Below, one piece after another: positions 18,326 to 28,664 of a DNA stretch of 64,000 nucleotides. The notes below the pieces were generated by a model, which ran no database searches, was not told the DNA's origin, and worked only from the letters and a program-made list of their open reading frames with translations. Positions within the stretch are counted from its first letter, which is position 1, and each line of letters starts with the position of its first letter. Made by a program: the position numbers and the translations under genes. Source of the stretch: an uncultured Candidatus Bathyarchaeia archaeon (GTDB lineage Archaea; Thermoproteota; Bathyarchaeia; Bathyarchaeales; Bathyarchaeaceae); contig CAYQMM010000001.1 in the NCBI GenBank assembly GCA_964418675.1, forward strand, positions 68,892 to 132,891. The letters run 5' to 3'.

Positions 18326-19216
18326 ATGAGCTACCGTGAACTCTTCGCATCTCCACCCTTCCTCTTCATGGGCAATCAACAAACTTTTGAAAAGGCTGAC
18401 TACGTGATTTTGGGAGTTCCCCTAGATGTAACCAGCACCTACCGTTCCGGAGCAAGATTTGCGCCTCACGCCATCAGAGAAGCCTCCCTTAACATTGAAG
18501 GCTACAGCTTCAGAACCAAAGTTGATGTTGAGGACCTGAAAATCCACGATCTAGGCGACCTACACATAGCTGGAGACGTCGAATTGACTCTAGGACGTTT
18601 AGCTTTGGTCGCTCAGGACCTCTTTGAAGCCAAGAAAATCCCAATTTTCATCGGAGGAGAACACACCATTACTCTAGGCGTTATGCGAAGCCTCGACGAA
18701 AACACTGCCCTAGTAAGCTTCGATGCCCACTTGGACCTGCGCAACGAATACCTAGGTCTAAACGTATCCCACACAACCTTCATGCGAAGAATCAAAGAAC
18801 AGGTCAATCCTTCCAAGATTTTAGAGATTGGCACCCGCGCAGTATGCCGAGAAGAACTTGAATACGCAAAAAAATCTGGAATCGAATTCTTAACTGCCAG
18901 TCAGATTAGAGAAGATGGCATCGCAAAAACAGTTGAAACAATGGATTGTGCTCTTGCTGGTTGCGAAAAAATCTACGTTACAATCGATTTGGATGTTCTG
19001 GACCCTGCTTTTGCGCCTGCCGTTCAAAACCCTGAACCTGAGGGGCTGGATACTTCAACGCTTCTGGACCTCATAAACGAGATTTGTGACCAGCGGGTAG
19101 TTGGTTTCGATTTGGTTGAGGTGGCGCCTCATTATGACAGGGGCGTAACGGCTATTCAGGCGGCAAAGACTGTTTTTGAAGTGTTATGCTGTTTGGAGAG
19201 CGCACGAAAAAGCTAA
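18326..19216 (+). CDS. speB: Agmatinase (arginase/ureohydrolase family)
   Basis: 296 aa; metal-ligand motifs GGEHTITLG, SFDAHLDLR, VTIDLDVLDPAFAP. Confidence 0.85.
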   Translation: MSYRELFASPPFLFMGNQQTFEKADYVILGVPLDVTSTYRSGARFAPHAIREASLNIEGYSFRTKVDVEDLKIHDLGDLHIAGDVELTLGRLALVAQDLFEAKKIPIFIGGEHTITLGVMRSLDENTALVSFDAHLDLRNEYLGLNVSHTTFMRRIKEQVNPSKILEIGTRAVCREELEYAKKSGIEFLTASQIREDGIAKTVETMDCALAGCEKIYVTIDLDVLDPAFAPAVQNPEPEGLDTSTLLDLINEICDQRVVGFDLVEVAPHYDRGVTAIQAAKTVFEVLCCLESARKS

Positions 19217-19224
19217 TCGGCAAA

Positions 19225-20565
19225 TCACGTGGTTTCCTTCATTAGTTTGGCTACGAAAAAGCCGTTGCATTCGTGAATGTGGGGATAGAGTCTTTGGCAC
19301 TTGGTTAGCCCTCTGAGTCCCGGTAAGCCGATTTTTGGTTTTGTGTCCATAAGCTTGAATTCTGGATGTATCTTCAGAAATCTCTCAATCACCATCTCGT
19401 TTTCCTCCACGGTTATGCTGCATGTGGAATAGACCAGAAAGCCTCCCTCCTTCGTATATTCTGCGCAGTGTTCTATCATCTCTCCCTGAATCTTCGCCAT
19501 ACCCAAAATTGACCTTTTGGTGAGCCTCCATTTAGCGTCTGGGGTTTTCCCGAAGGTTCCCGTGCTCGTGCATGGAGGGTCTAAAATCACCAAGTCTGCA
19601 TGAAGGTTCAGGGGCAATGTTTTCCTTGCATCGGCAACTATTGGAGAGGCTATTTCAGCGCCCATGCGTTCTGTTTCTCCTTTCCAGACCTTTATCCTCC
19701 GCTTTGAGTAGTCAACAGAAATGATTATTCCCCTGTTTTCCATCAGTTGAGCCAAGTAAGTTGTTTTGGCTCCCGGCGCTGCGCACACATCAAGTACAGT
19801 GGTTCCTGCCTGTGGGTCTGAGATTTCCGCGGCTAGACAGCTGGCTTTGTCTTGAAGGAAGAAGAATCCTTGACGAAAGCTTCGTATTCTTGTGAGGGGT
19901 TTCCTGCTTTGAATCAACCTGTACGCGTGCTTGAGTTGCTGAACTTTTTCCAGAACAACCTTCTCCTCCTCTATTTTCTTGAGCAAGATTTCTTCCGGTG
20001 CCTTCAAGGTATTCAGCCGCAGATAGGTGGGCGGAATCTCTGTGGCATTTTCTAGGAACATGAGGGCTTCTTTTCTTCCAAGAAGTCGGAAACAGTATTT
20101 TACGAACCATGGGGGGTGGTAGGTTAGGAGCCCCACCTTCTCCACCTCATCCAGCCCTTTCAAAGCAGAGTCAGGGTTGATGCTCAGTATTTCGCCAAGA
20201 ACCTCTTCGACATCATTGAGTTCTCGCCATCCCAGAATCGAGCGTCCCATTCTGGCTATCCTAGCAGCCTTCTCCAAGTTTCCATCCATCATCCTTGTTT
20301 CATGGACGTATAGGCGGAGGAAAGCCCTTGGACCGAGTTTGAAGTCGTTAAGGGACCGTGGTGCTAGAGCCGAATTTAATATGAAATCGATGTGGTTCTT
20401 TTTTCGAAGGGTCTCGGATACCAGCCTGTGGGCTAATCCGATGGCTTTGCGGTCTTTTATTCCCAGCTGTTTCGCAGCCCTATTTAAGGCTAAACGCTCA
20501 CTTAACCGCTGTAATTCAATCCAGCTTAATGTTTCTATGACGAGCGCCCAAGCATCCCTTAACAT
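19225..20565 (-). CDS. RsmB/NOP2/Sun-family RNA cytosine-C5 methyltransferase
   Basis: 446 aa; SAM motif VLDVCAAPGAKT, catalytic ILDPPCTSTGT and YSTCS. Confidence 0.85.
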   Translation of the reverse strand: MLRDAWALVIETLSWIELQRLSERLALNRAAKQLGIKDRKAIGLAHRLVSETLRKKNHIDFILNSALAPRSLNDFKLGPRAFLRLYVHETRMMDGNLEKAARIARMGRSILGWRELNDVEEVLGEILSINPDSALKGLDEVEKVGLLTYHPPWFVKYCFRLLGRKEALMFLENATEIPPTYLRLNTLKAPEEILLKKIEEEKVVLEKVQQLKHAYRLIQSRKPLTRIRSFRQGFFFLQDKASCLAAEISDPQAGTTVLDVCAAPGAKTTYLAQLMENRGIIISVDYSKRRIKVWKGETERMGAEIASPIVADARKTLPLNLHADLVILDPPCTSTGTFGKTPDAKWRLTKRSILGMAKIQGEMIEHCAEYTKEGGFLVYSTCSITVEENEMVIERFLKIHPEFKLMDTKPKIGLPGLRGLTKCQRLYPHIHECNGFFVAKLMKETT

Positions 20566-20656
20566 TTTAGCTTGCCTTGAAGAGTCTTAACTGGGTGCCT
20601 ATTAAAAGCTTGAGCAGTATTATACCTGAAACGCGCTCTTTGAATGTTGATGTGTT

Positions 20657-20959
20657 GTGGTGGGCATGAAGTTGCTTGAGACTGCTGAGGGGGTTGTTCT
20701 GGACTTGTATGTTAAGCCAAAAGCAAAGGCGTTTGGGGTAAAATTTGAAGGCGATGAAATTGTAGTGTCATGTCGTGAGGCTCCGGTGAAGGGCAGAGTT
20801 AACCGAGAATTGGTTAAGGAGCTTTCTAGGCTCTTCGATAGAAGGGTGGAGCTTGTCTCAGGGTTTAGTTCAAAGCGCAAGAGGATTTTGATTAGCAACA
20901 TTGAGGTAGCCGAAGTTAACCGACTCTTAGCTTCCGCTTCAGCCTCGGATGTTCCGTAG
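20657..20959 (+). CDS. DUF167/YggU-family protein
   Basis: 100 aa; LDLYVKPKAKAFGV...VSCREAPVKGRVNRELVKELSRLF...VELVSGFSSKRKRILI. Confidence 0.7.
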   Translation: MVGMKLLETAEGVVLDLYVKPKAKAFGVKFEGDEIVVSCREAPVKGRVNRELVKELSRLFDRRVELVSGFSSKRKRILISNIEVAEVNRLLASASASDVP

Positions 20960-21178
20960 TCTTAAATGCTGAAAAAAATACGAATTTGAAGAATGTGGAT
21001 GGAAGAATAGACCCCAAACTCAAGGAACTAGATGATTTTCTGTTGCACACCTGCTTTTACCTGTGGAGGGGTTAATTTTTATTATTTTTAGTAAAAAAAA
21101 CAACAATATTTTTAAACACCGAAGTACTCTTAGGTTTCATCTGAACATTAACAATATCACAGGAGCCGCGTATAGAGA

Positions 21179-23569
21179 ATGCCAAACGAACCCCGAATAG
21201 GCGTATTCATCTGTCATTGTGGCGGGAACATCAGCGATACAGTAGAAGTGGAAAAAGTTAAAACAAAAATAGGCTCTCTCAAAATTGTCGAAGTCGCCGA
21301 GACTTTCGAGTACCTTTGTAGCAACCCTGGACAAGAAACGGTAATTAAAAAATCAATCAAAGACCATAACTTAAATCGAGTGATCGTGGCTTCCTGCTCC
21401 CCTAGGATGCATCTAGACACTTTTAGAGGGGCAGTGAAGTCCGCAGGAATCAACCCCTACCTTTTAGACATGGTCAACATCAGAGAACACTGTAGTTGGG
21501 TTCATGATGACCCAGAAAAAGCAACCGCGAAGACTATAGCGCTCATCCGTGGCGCCGTGGAACGAGCACGTTACTTGGAACCTCTAACTCCCCAGAGCCT
21601 GAAAGTAAAAAAAAGTGTCCTCGTAATTGGAGGAGGCATCGCAGGAATCTATTCTGCCCTAGAATTAGCGGATAAGGGCTATGACGTATACATGGTTGAA
21701 AGGACCCCCAGCATAGGAGGTCATATGGCCCAACTCAGCAAGACCTTCCCAACTTTCGACTGTTCCGCTTGTATTTTAACGCCGAAGATGGTAGCAGTAT
21801 CCCAACATCCCAAAATCAAAATTTTCACCAACGCAGAACCCATTTCCGTAAAGGGTTCTCCAGGAAACTATGAAGTAAAAATAAAAATAAAACCTAGATA
21901 TGTGAACCCTGAGAAATGTACTGCATGTGGAGAATGCGCACAAAAGTGTCCGGTTAAGAAGCCCAGCAAGTTTGAGGAAAATCTAATTCAAGAAAAAGCC
22001 ATCTACATACCGTTCAAGCAATCTATACCTAATGTCTATTCAATCGATAAAGACTATTGTCTTTATTTAACCAAGGGAGTTTGCCGAATCTGTGAAAAAT
22101 TCTGTAAGGGTGACGCGATAGACTTTACTCAAAAAGACGAATTTGTAGACTTGGATGTTGGAAGTATTATCGTCTCCACTGGCTATAGCCTGTTAGACCC
22201 TAAAGCTTTTGGTCAATACAGCTATGGTCTTCATCCAGACATTATAACAAGTCTTCAGTTTGAACGATTGATGCTGCAGGGTCTCCATAGACCCTCCACG
22301 GGAGAAGTCCCCAAAAAAGTAGCCTTCATTCTTTGCGTAGGAAGCCGCGCAACTGAAACTAAAGGAGTTGGCTATTGCTGCAAAATAGGGTGCATGAATG
22401 CAATAAAGCAGGCGTTATTGCTTGACAAGGCGGTACCCGGCGCAGAGCCCTGGGTATTCTATACTGATGTAAGGGCTCACGGTAAAGGTTACGAAGAGTT
22501 CTACGCCAAAGCCAGAGACCACCTTACGACGTTTATCCGGGGACGTGCAGCAGAGGTTATACCCAACGGAAATTCTATTACCGTAAGAGCCGAGGACACC
22601 ATTCTTGGAAAACAGATAGAAGAGAACTTTGATTTGGTTGTGCTTAGTCCCGCTCTCATTCCCAACGTTGGAACGAAAGAATTAGCTGAAATGCTTGGCA
22701 TCGATTTAGGACCTGACGATTTCTTCTTGGAGCTCCACCATAAACTTAGGGGGGTTGAAACAAAGAGAGAGGGCATTTACACTGCTGGATGTGCTCAAGG
22801 CCCGAAGGATGTAAGAGAAACCACAATGGAGTCCATGGCCACAGCATCTAAAGTTGCAACCTTACTTGGGAAAGGAAAAATATCTGTCTCCCCTGAAGTA
22901 GCTTATCTCTTACCCGAAAAATGCAATCTTTGTGAAATTTGTATTGACGTGTGTCCAACTAAAGCCATCCAGAAAGGAAAAGACGAAGTGGTAATCGACC
23001 CCATATCCTGCGTAGGATGCGGAATATGCGTTCCGTTATGCCCTGAAGAAGCAATTGATCTGAAGCACAACACGGAACATCAACTGATTGCCCAAATTCA
23101 GGGAGTAAGTGCGGAAGGAGATACATCGCCTAAAATAATAGCCTTTCTTGAGAGGATGACAGCTTATGGCTCAGCCGACTTAGGTGGACAAAGCAGACGG
23201 AGTTATCCTTCAGAAGTTAGAATAATTGGCGTTCCAAGTATAGGTCGTTTAGGCATAAAACATGTGCTACATGCCTTCGCCGCAGGAGCAGATGGCTTAA
23301 TTTTTGTTGAAGGAGACGACAGTCTGTTAGATGAAGGACAGTTAAGAGAGCAAGTAATAAAATGGAAAAAGGAAGTACGCAAATACGGAATCGAATCTCT
23401 TAGATTACAATCAATCACTACAACTCTTCCCCAATTTGAGAAAATTTTCAGTCTTTTCGACTCTTTTGTTGAACGAATCAAAAAAATTGGTCCTCTAAGC
23501 CAAGAAAAACGTGAAGAACTTAAGAAGCAACTAGCAGGTGAACAATATGCAATCCAGTACGCAACATGA
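21179..23569 (+). CDS. hdrA: HdrA-like flavoprotein (canonical domain order) fused to a cysteine-less MvhD-like C-terminal domain
   Basis: 796 aa. N-terminal Cys domain ([31 protein letters not shown]). FAD Rossmann [11 protein letters not shown] and [11 protein letters not shown]. Inserted ferredoxin ([20 protein letters not shown]) and CVGSR...YCCKIGC. C-terminal [12 protein letters not shown] / [12 protein letters not shown]. Residues from about nt 23129 align to MvhD. Confidence 0.85.
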   Translation: MPNEPRIGVFICHCGGNISDTVEVEKVKTKIGSLKIVEVAETFEYLCSNPGQETVIKKSIKDHNLNRVIVASCSPRMHLDTFRGAVKSAGINPYLLDMVNIREHCSWVHDDPEKATAKTIALIRGAVERARYLEPLTPQSLKVKKSVLVIGGGIAGIYSALELADKGYDVYMVERTPSIGGHMAQLSKTFPTFDCSACILTPKMVAVSQHPKIKIFTNAEPISVKGSPGNYEVKIKIKPRYVNPEKCTACGECAQKCPVKKPSKFEENLIQEKAIYIPFKQSIPNVYSIDKDYCLYLTKGVCRICEKFCKGDAIDFTQKDEFVDLDVGSIIVSTGYSLLDPKAFGQYSYGLHPDIITSLQFERLMLQGLHRPSTGEVPKKVAFILCVGSRATETKGVGYCCKIGCMNAIKQALLLDKAVPGAEPWVFYTDVRAHGKGYEEFYAKARDHLTTFIRGRAAEVIPNGNSITVRAEDTILGKQIEENFDLVVLSPALIPNVGTKELAEMLGIDLGPDDFFLELHHKLRGVETKREGIYTAGCAQGPKDVRETTMESMATASKVATLLGKGKISVSPEVAYLLPEKCNLCEICIDVCPTKAIQKGKDEVVIDPISCVGCGICVPLCPEEAIDLKHNTEHQLIAQIQGVSAEGDTSPKIIAFLERMTAYGSADLGGQSRRSYPSEVRIIGVPSIGRLGIKHVLHAFAAGADGLIFVEGDDSLLDEGQLREQVIKWKKEVRKYGIESLRLQSITTTLPQFEKIFSLFDSFVERIKKIGPLSQEKREELKKQLAGEQYAIQYAT

Positions 23570-24170
23570 AAATGAAGAACAAAACGAAGCAAGAAGACTT
23601 GTTGCATCGTTGACAGCTAAGAAAACTAGAAGGGACTTTGTCAAAGAAGTCATGAAGATGGATGCAGGAGAAAATATACTAGACTGCATACAATGTGGTT
23701 TATGTGCTGGCACATGCCCAACAAGGTTTGCCATGGATTATTCTCCCATGCAGCTAATAAAGATGATACATTTGGGCATGCGGGAAAAAGTTTTGTCGAG
23801 TTCAACTATCTGGATTTGTTCCTCTTGCTACTCCTGTTACAGCCGTTGTCCACGAAATATAAACATCACTTCCCTCATGACATCCCTAAAAAATTTGGCC
23901 ATGGAAGAGAATATAGTCAATAAGGCTAAGATAAAGCCAAAGTTCCATAAATCTTTCTTCGAAGTTGTCAACAAATATGGAAGGCTCCACGAAGCAGCGC
24001 TTTTAACTAAAATTTTGAAAAAAACAGACATCAAAAATCTTTTCCACAACGCCAATTTAGCTTTGAGGCTTTTTAGAAAAGGAAAATTACGTATACGACC
24101 CGCGAAGATCGAAAAAACTGCCGATCTTGCGCGTTTACTTGAAAAGACTAACGAGGAGGAATCATCATGA
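23547..24170 (+). CDS. hdrC: HdrC-like 2x[4Fe-4S] subunit
   Basis: [12 protein letters not shown] and [12 protein letters not shown] motifs. Overlaps the hdrA 3' end. GTG 23538 is an alternative start. Confidence 0.8.
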   Translation: MQSSTQHENEEQNEARRLVASLTAKKTRRDFVKEVMKMDAGENILDCIQCGLCAGTCPTRFAMDYSPMQLIKMIHLGMREKVLSSSTIWICSSCYSCYSRCPRNINITSLMTSLKNLAMEENIVNKAKIKPKFHKSFFEVVNKYGRLHEAALLTKILKKTDIKNLFHNANLALRLFRKGKLRIRPAKIEKTADLARLLEKTNEEESS

Positions 24171-25054
24171 AGTACGCTTTTTATCCCGGATGTGCGGTAC
24201 ACTCCGCCTCTAAAGAGTATGGAGATTCCTGCAAAGCTGTTAGCGAAGTTCTGGGTATTGAGCTGGCTGAAATACCTGATTGGAACTGTTGCGGCGCCAT
24301 AGATGCAGTTTATTCCTATAAGCCGCTTTATGCTGTGACTCTTGATGCCAGAAATTTGGCTTTGGCTGAGAAAATGGGAACGAATATTACAACTCTGTGT
24401 AGTGCCTGTTACTACACGTTATCTCGAACCAACCAACTCCTTAGAGACAATTCCAAATTGAAGAGTCAAGTCAACAAGGCGCTAAGCAGCATCGACCTCA
24501 ACTACAGCGGTAATGTGAAAGTAAGGCATTTTCTCGAAGTCGTTCTGTCAGATGTGGGCTTAGAAAAAGTCGGTGAGAAAGTTACGCATCCGCTACGTAC
24601 CTTTAATGTAGCGTCCTACTATGGCTGTTTTCTAGTAAGACCTCCAGACTTAATCACTTTTGATGATTCGGATCATCCCACACGCTTAGAGGAGCTGTCT
24701 GAAACTCTTGGTGCTTCCAGAGTTGAATATTACGGAAAAACCAGATGTTGTGGAGCCTCCCTTGGTATAACAACCGAAAAAGTCATGCTGGAACTTTCCA
24801 AGAAAATTCTCCTCAGTGCGAAGGATGCGGGAGCAAACTGCATGATAACCGCATGTCCTCTATGTCACTTCAACCTTGATGCCAAACAGAAGGATATAGA
24901 GTCAAAATTTGATATTAAAATAGACCTGCCAGTTCTCCATTTCACCCAATTAATGGGCTTAGCTTTTGGGATTGAACCAAGGAAACTAGGACTACATAAA
25001 AACTGCGTCTCTCCCAAGAATCTCCTTCAACAATATATCATGAGTGTGGCTTAA
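24167..25054 (+). CDS. hdrB: HdrB-like subunit with two intact CCG domains
   Basis: 295 aa; PGCAVHS...WNCCGA...LCSACYY and YYGCFLVRP...RCCGAS...ACPLCHF. Confidence 0.85.
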   Translation: MKYAFYPGCAVHSASKEYGDSCKAVSEVLGIELAEIPDWNCCGAIDAVYSYKPLYAVTLDARNLALAEKMGTNITTLCSACYYTLSRTNQLLRDNSKLKSQVNKALSSIDLNYSGNVKVRHFLEVVLSDVGLEKVGEKVTHPLRTFNVASYYGCFLVRPPDLITFDDSDHPTRLEELSETLGASRVEYYGKTRCCGASLGITTEKVMLELSKKILLSAKDAGANCMITACPLCHFNLDAKQKDIESKFDIKIDLPVLHFTQLMGLAFGIEPRKLGLHKNCVSPKNLLQQYIMSVA

Positions 25055-25055
25055 A

Positions 25056-26153
25056 ATGATCAAGGAAAGACTCTCATTTCATACCCTCAACAAGGAAGTT
25101 GTTGAACCCAGAATCTGTTCAGAATGCTACGGATGTGTAAGCTTCTGCACCGCCAACGAACTGAATGTCCTAACAATCAAAGATGAAAAACCCGTATATT
25201 GTGATGAAGAGAACTGCCTTGAAGATGGAATATGCTACCTGATCTGTCCAAAAACCCCCGATTTGGACCATGCTTTAGAGACTAAGTACCAATTTAAAGA
25301 ACCAATAGGCTCTTATGTTGCTGTTCGAAGCCTCCGCGCTACTAACAAAAAAATCGACGACGTCTGCTGTGATGGAGGAGTAGTGACAAGCCTTCTAAAG
25401 TTCCTACTGGATACCAGAAGAATCGATGGCGCTGTACTCTCGAAAAGAGAGGGAATGTGGAATAACAAACCTATGATTGCAACGAAATTTGAGGAGCTGC
25501 TCGAGTGCGCTGGGTCTAGCTTGGGGCAATCTAAAAGTATTAAAGATTTAGGAGACTTGACAACCTACGCCCCCATCTTCAGTGCCCTTAAAGGGTCGAA
25601 TTTGATGGACCTAACGAGGCTTGCGGTTGTTGGGACTCCATGTCAAATAGCGGCGATCCGAAAGATGCAACTGCTCCACATAGTACCGAGCCACCTTGTA
25701 CGCTTTACTATAGGCCTTTTCTGCTTCGAGAACTTTTTAATGCACGATGATGGAAGGGAGTTCCTTTCCAATAAGATTGGAGCAGATTTAGATCAGATTG
25801 AAAAGATCAATATTAAAGATGATTTCATCGTAAGATTGAAGGATGGAAGGGTTTCGCACATCGATTTGGATGATCTTCGTCCCATCGTGCGTTTAGGATG
25901 CCTAGCATGCACCATGTTCTCCAACTACACTGCTGACATATCACTAGGTGGACTAGGTTCCCCTGATGGTTATACAACTATTTTAGTACGGACTCGGGCT
26001 GCTCAAGACCTGATAAACCAAGCTATTAATCAAGGTTACTTGGAGGAAATCCACCCAAAAGGGATCGTAGAAAAAATCGAAAGAATGGCTGAGCGAAAGA
26101 AAAAACGTGGAATGCAAGTGCTCACTGAGAGAAAAGCGAAACACACCTCGTAA
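25056..26153 (+). CDS. FrhB/FdhB/FpoF-family (F420 hydrogenase/dehydrogenase beta-like) iron-sulfur flavoprotein
   Basis: About 365 aa; N-terminal CSECYGCVSFC, GTPCQIAAIRKM, IGLFCFENF, C-terminal CLACTMFSNYTADISLGGLG. ATG 25056 immediately follows the hdrB stop. Confidence 0.75.
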   Translation: MIKERLSFHTLNKEVVEPRICSECYGCVSFCTANELNVLTIKDEKPVYCDEENCLEDGICYLICPKTPDLDHALETKYQFKEPIGSYVAVRSLRATNKKIDDVCCDGGVVTSLLKFLLDTRRIDGAVLSKREGMWNNKPMIATKFEELLECAGSSLGQSKSIKDLGDLTTYAPIFSALKGSNLMDLTRLAVVGTPCQIAAIRKMQLLHIVPSHLVRFTIGLFCFENFLMHDDGREFLSNKIGADLDQIEKINIKDDFIVRLKDGRVSHIDLDDLRPIVRLGCLACTMFSNYTADISLGGLGSPDGYTTILVRTRAAQDLINQAINQGYLEEIHPKGIVEKIERMAERKKKRGMQVLTERKAKHTS

Positions 26154-26242
26154 CATATCAGCTCAGAAATCAAGCTCATATAGGTGGGTGCAGATTAACT
26201 CGTTTCAAATCAAAAACAATATAAAAGGAGAATGTCATTATT

Positions 26243-26596
26243 ATGAAGGAGGCCTTTGTGAAAATGTCCTTGATAAGCCATCGAGCGTGCCACTTAATTG
26301 AAGTGAATGATGAGAGTCTCGAACGGATGATTGAAGAGATCAAAGCTTTCTTAGTAGAGACAAAAATTCCTGAAACATACAAAGTAAACGTCTACAAAGA
26401 TCAGGTTACTTGTTGCGGGCACATGCCAATTGGTGTAGCTATTGAAATAGAAGGCCCAAAACAACAGCCAATCAAAGACCTAGATGAAAAAATATTGGGG
26501 AAAATCAAAGAGATATGTGGAAGAGAACACATCAAATATCATGAGTGCTCACCTATGGAAATTCTTCAAGACATTGATGGAAAAGTCTTTATTTAA
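26243..26596 (+). CDS. Hypothetical Cys/His-rich small protein
   Basis: 117-aa ORF (alternative start ATG 26264), last gene of the hdrACB-frhB string. HRACH, VTCCGH and CGREHIKYHEC clusters. No family recognised. Confidence 0.4.
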   Translation: MKEAFVKMSLISHRACHLIEVNDESLERMIEEIKAFLVETKIPETYKVNVYKDQVTCCGHMPIGVAIEIEGPKQQPIKDLDEKILGKIKEICGREHIKYHECSPMEILQDIDGKVFI

Positions 26597-26802
26597 TGCT
26601 GAAAGCAAGCCTCCTTGCAACGAAACCAATAACCAAAAAAATAAACCACGCGCTTTTCTGGTCTAAGAAAAAGGGGTGCTCCTCTCTGTTAGCCTTCTAC
26701 CCGTCGAATAAGAATATTATTATGATATTTATTGAAATGACAAAAATATTTATAGTCCGTTAATATTCTTTACGTCAGCTAATACCTCCGAAGGATATTG
26801 GT

Positions 26803-27810
26803 ATGCCAGACATCAGAGCGCATCTTATGCCAGATGAAAAGGCATTTCAGTCTTATGTAGAGAATACAAGGCAATTACTAGAGTCTGAACTTTTAAAACA
26901 TCTTTCGAAAATTGCTGACCTAAGAATTTATGGAAAAATTAAGTATGCCTTATTTTCCCCTGGAAAGAGAATGAGACCTCTATTGGTCATACTTAGCGCC
27001 CAAAGCGTTGGAGGAAATCGAGAAGACGTAATCTCGCTGGCTCTATCCTTTGAGTTGTTACACACCGCAACTCTCGTTCATGACGATATATTGGATCAGG
27101 ACAGCTATAGACGCAACGTCCCTGCCATTCATGAAAAGTGGTCTGTAAATGATGCCATTTTAGTTGGAGATGCCATGATATCTCTTGGAATCAACTTGAT
27201 TTCCGACTATGGACCAGAAATCCTAAAAATTGCATCAGAAACTGGGCTAACACTTTGTGATGGTGAATACATGGATGTGTCAACAACATCAATCGAGCTG
27301 GCTGGAACTGAATACTTCGAAAAAATAGGCAAGAAATCAGCTTCTCTCTTTCAAGCTGCAACTCGTAGTGGAGCCATAGCCGGAGGGGGTTCTTATGCTG
27401 AAGTTAAGTCCCTAACAAATTTCGGAGAGCATTTCGGAATGGCTTACCAACTAAGCGATGACTTTTTTGACACATCCTCATCAAGAGATGGTATTCCAAA
27501 AGATCTTAGAAAACGCCGAATTAGCCTTCCCTTAATTCATCTATATAAATCCAGTAGCTCAGCCGAACGGGAAATGTTGATCAATGACCTGCAAATTTTG
27601 GCAAATAACGACGCTGCCGCTAAAGAGGTCCCCCTCACCAGGATTCTTAAAAATCTGGAAACCAAGGGCTCTCTCGCTTATTGCAAAAAGAAAATAAACG
27701 AATATGTTGATCAAGCAATTGCTGATGTTAACCCTTTGAGAGCCAGCGATTTTAAGTTCTATTTGATTCAGATGGCGGAATTGTTGAGACCAAAAGAAGG
27801 GATTAAATAG
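26803..27810 (+). CDS. trans-Prenyl diphosphate synthase, long/medium-chain type predicted
   Basis: 335 aa; Asp-rich motifs LVHDDILDQD and YQLSDDFFD. Small residue (Ala) at position -5 before the first motif (HTATLVHDD). Confidence 0.8.
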   Translation: MPDIRAHLMPDEKAFQSYVENTRQLLESELLKHLSKIADLRIYGKIKYALFSPGKRMRPLLVILSAQSVGGNREDVISLALSFELLHTATLVHDDILDQDSYRRNVPAIHEKWSVNDAILVGDAMISLGINLISDYGPEILKIASETGLTLCDGEYMDVSTTSIELAGTEYFEKIGKKSASLFQAATRSGAIAGGGSYAEVKSLTNFGEHFGMAYQLSDDFFDTSSSRDGIPKDLRKRRISLPLIHLYKSSSSAEREMLINDLQILANNDAAAKEVPLTRILKNLETKGSLAYCKKKINEYVDQAIADVNPLRASDFKFYLIQMAELLRPKEGIK

Positions 27811-27950
27811 AAGCCAGTATGCTAAGGCGTTGATATCGAAACCATCTGTAGTGATGCAGGAGATTTGCGTTTAAATTTTTAGTTAAGAATAATAAATATA
27901 AGGTATATATATTCTTCATATTATATTATAGTTAAGCAATGGCGTGAAAG

Positions 27951-28649
27951 ATGAGCGAAAAGAAGGCTTTTGAAGCATTATCCAGTACATCAAGACTTGA
28001 AATTTTGAGTTTACTTTATAAAAAGCCTTTGTGTGTTGAGGAAATAGCGAAATTAGTGAATCTGAAACCAATTACTATACGTCATCATCTGCAGTCTTTG
28101 AAAAATGCTGGTTTCATAGAAAGTTATGAAAAACGTAGAGGGGCTGTGGGAAGACCAAAAGTTTACTATCGGATTGCAAAAGAGCCTACGCGAGTGGTTT
28201 ATCCTAAACGTCGCTATCTAACCCTAGCCACCCTTGTGATAAGAGCTCTTCCATTATTGATAGGACCAAAGAGAGCGGGTAAATTCTTGGAAAAGATTGG
28301 AAAAAACATGGGCGAAAGCGTAATAGCAGACATTAGCAATAAACATAAAACAAAAGTTTGGTCTTTCGAAGATTTTAAAGAATTATTCATCAAAGGATAT
28401 CTCCAAGAAGACGGGGCAGAACCAGAAATTGTGAAGACCGATGAGAATTCGGTTGTGTATCGTACTCACAACTGTCTTTTTCTTGAACTTGCTGTTAGAA
28501 TGCCAGAAATGATGTGTGACGTTCTACATGAGGCATTTCATGAAGGTACCTCTAATGCCTTGGGTGGAAAGTTGAAAATAACCCGGTTGACATGCCAGGG
28601 ACACGGCGACCCCTACTGTGAACATCACTGCGTGTGGAATGTTTCTTAA
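27951..28649 (+). CDS. Transcriptional regulator, ArsR-type winged helix plus C-terminal V4R-like ligand-binding domain
   Basis: 232 aa. N-terminal SRLEILSLLYKKPLCVEEIAKLVNLKPITIRHHLQSLKNAGFI. C-terminal pattern C...MMCDVLHEAFHEG...LTCQGHGDPYCEH resembles the V4R signature. Confidence 0.65.
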   Translation: MSEKKAFEALSSTSRLEILSLLYKKPLCVEEIAKLVNLKPITIRHHLQSLKNAGFIESYEKRRGAVGRPKVYYRIAKEPTRVVYPKRRYLTLATLVIRALPLLIGPKRAGKFLEKIGKNMGESVIADISNKHKTKVWSFEDFKELFIKGYLQEDGAEPEIVKTDENSVVYRTHNCLFLELAVRMPEMMCDVLHEAFHEGTSNALGGKLKITRLTCQGHGDPYCEHHCVWNVS

Positions 28650-28664
28650 AAAAAAGGGAGTTCT

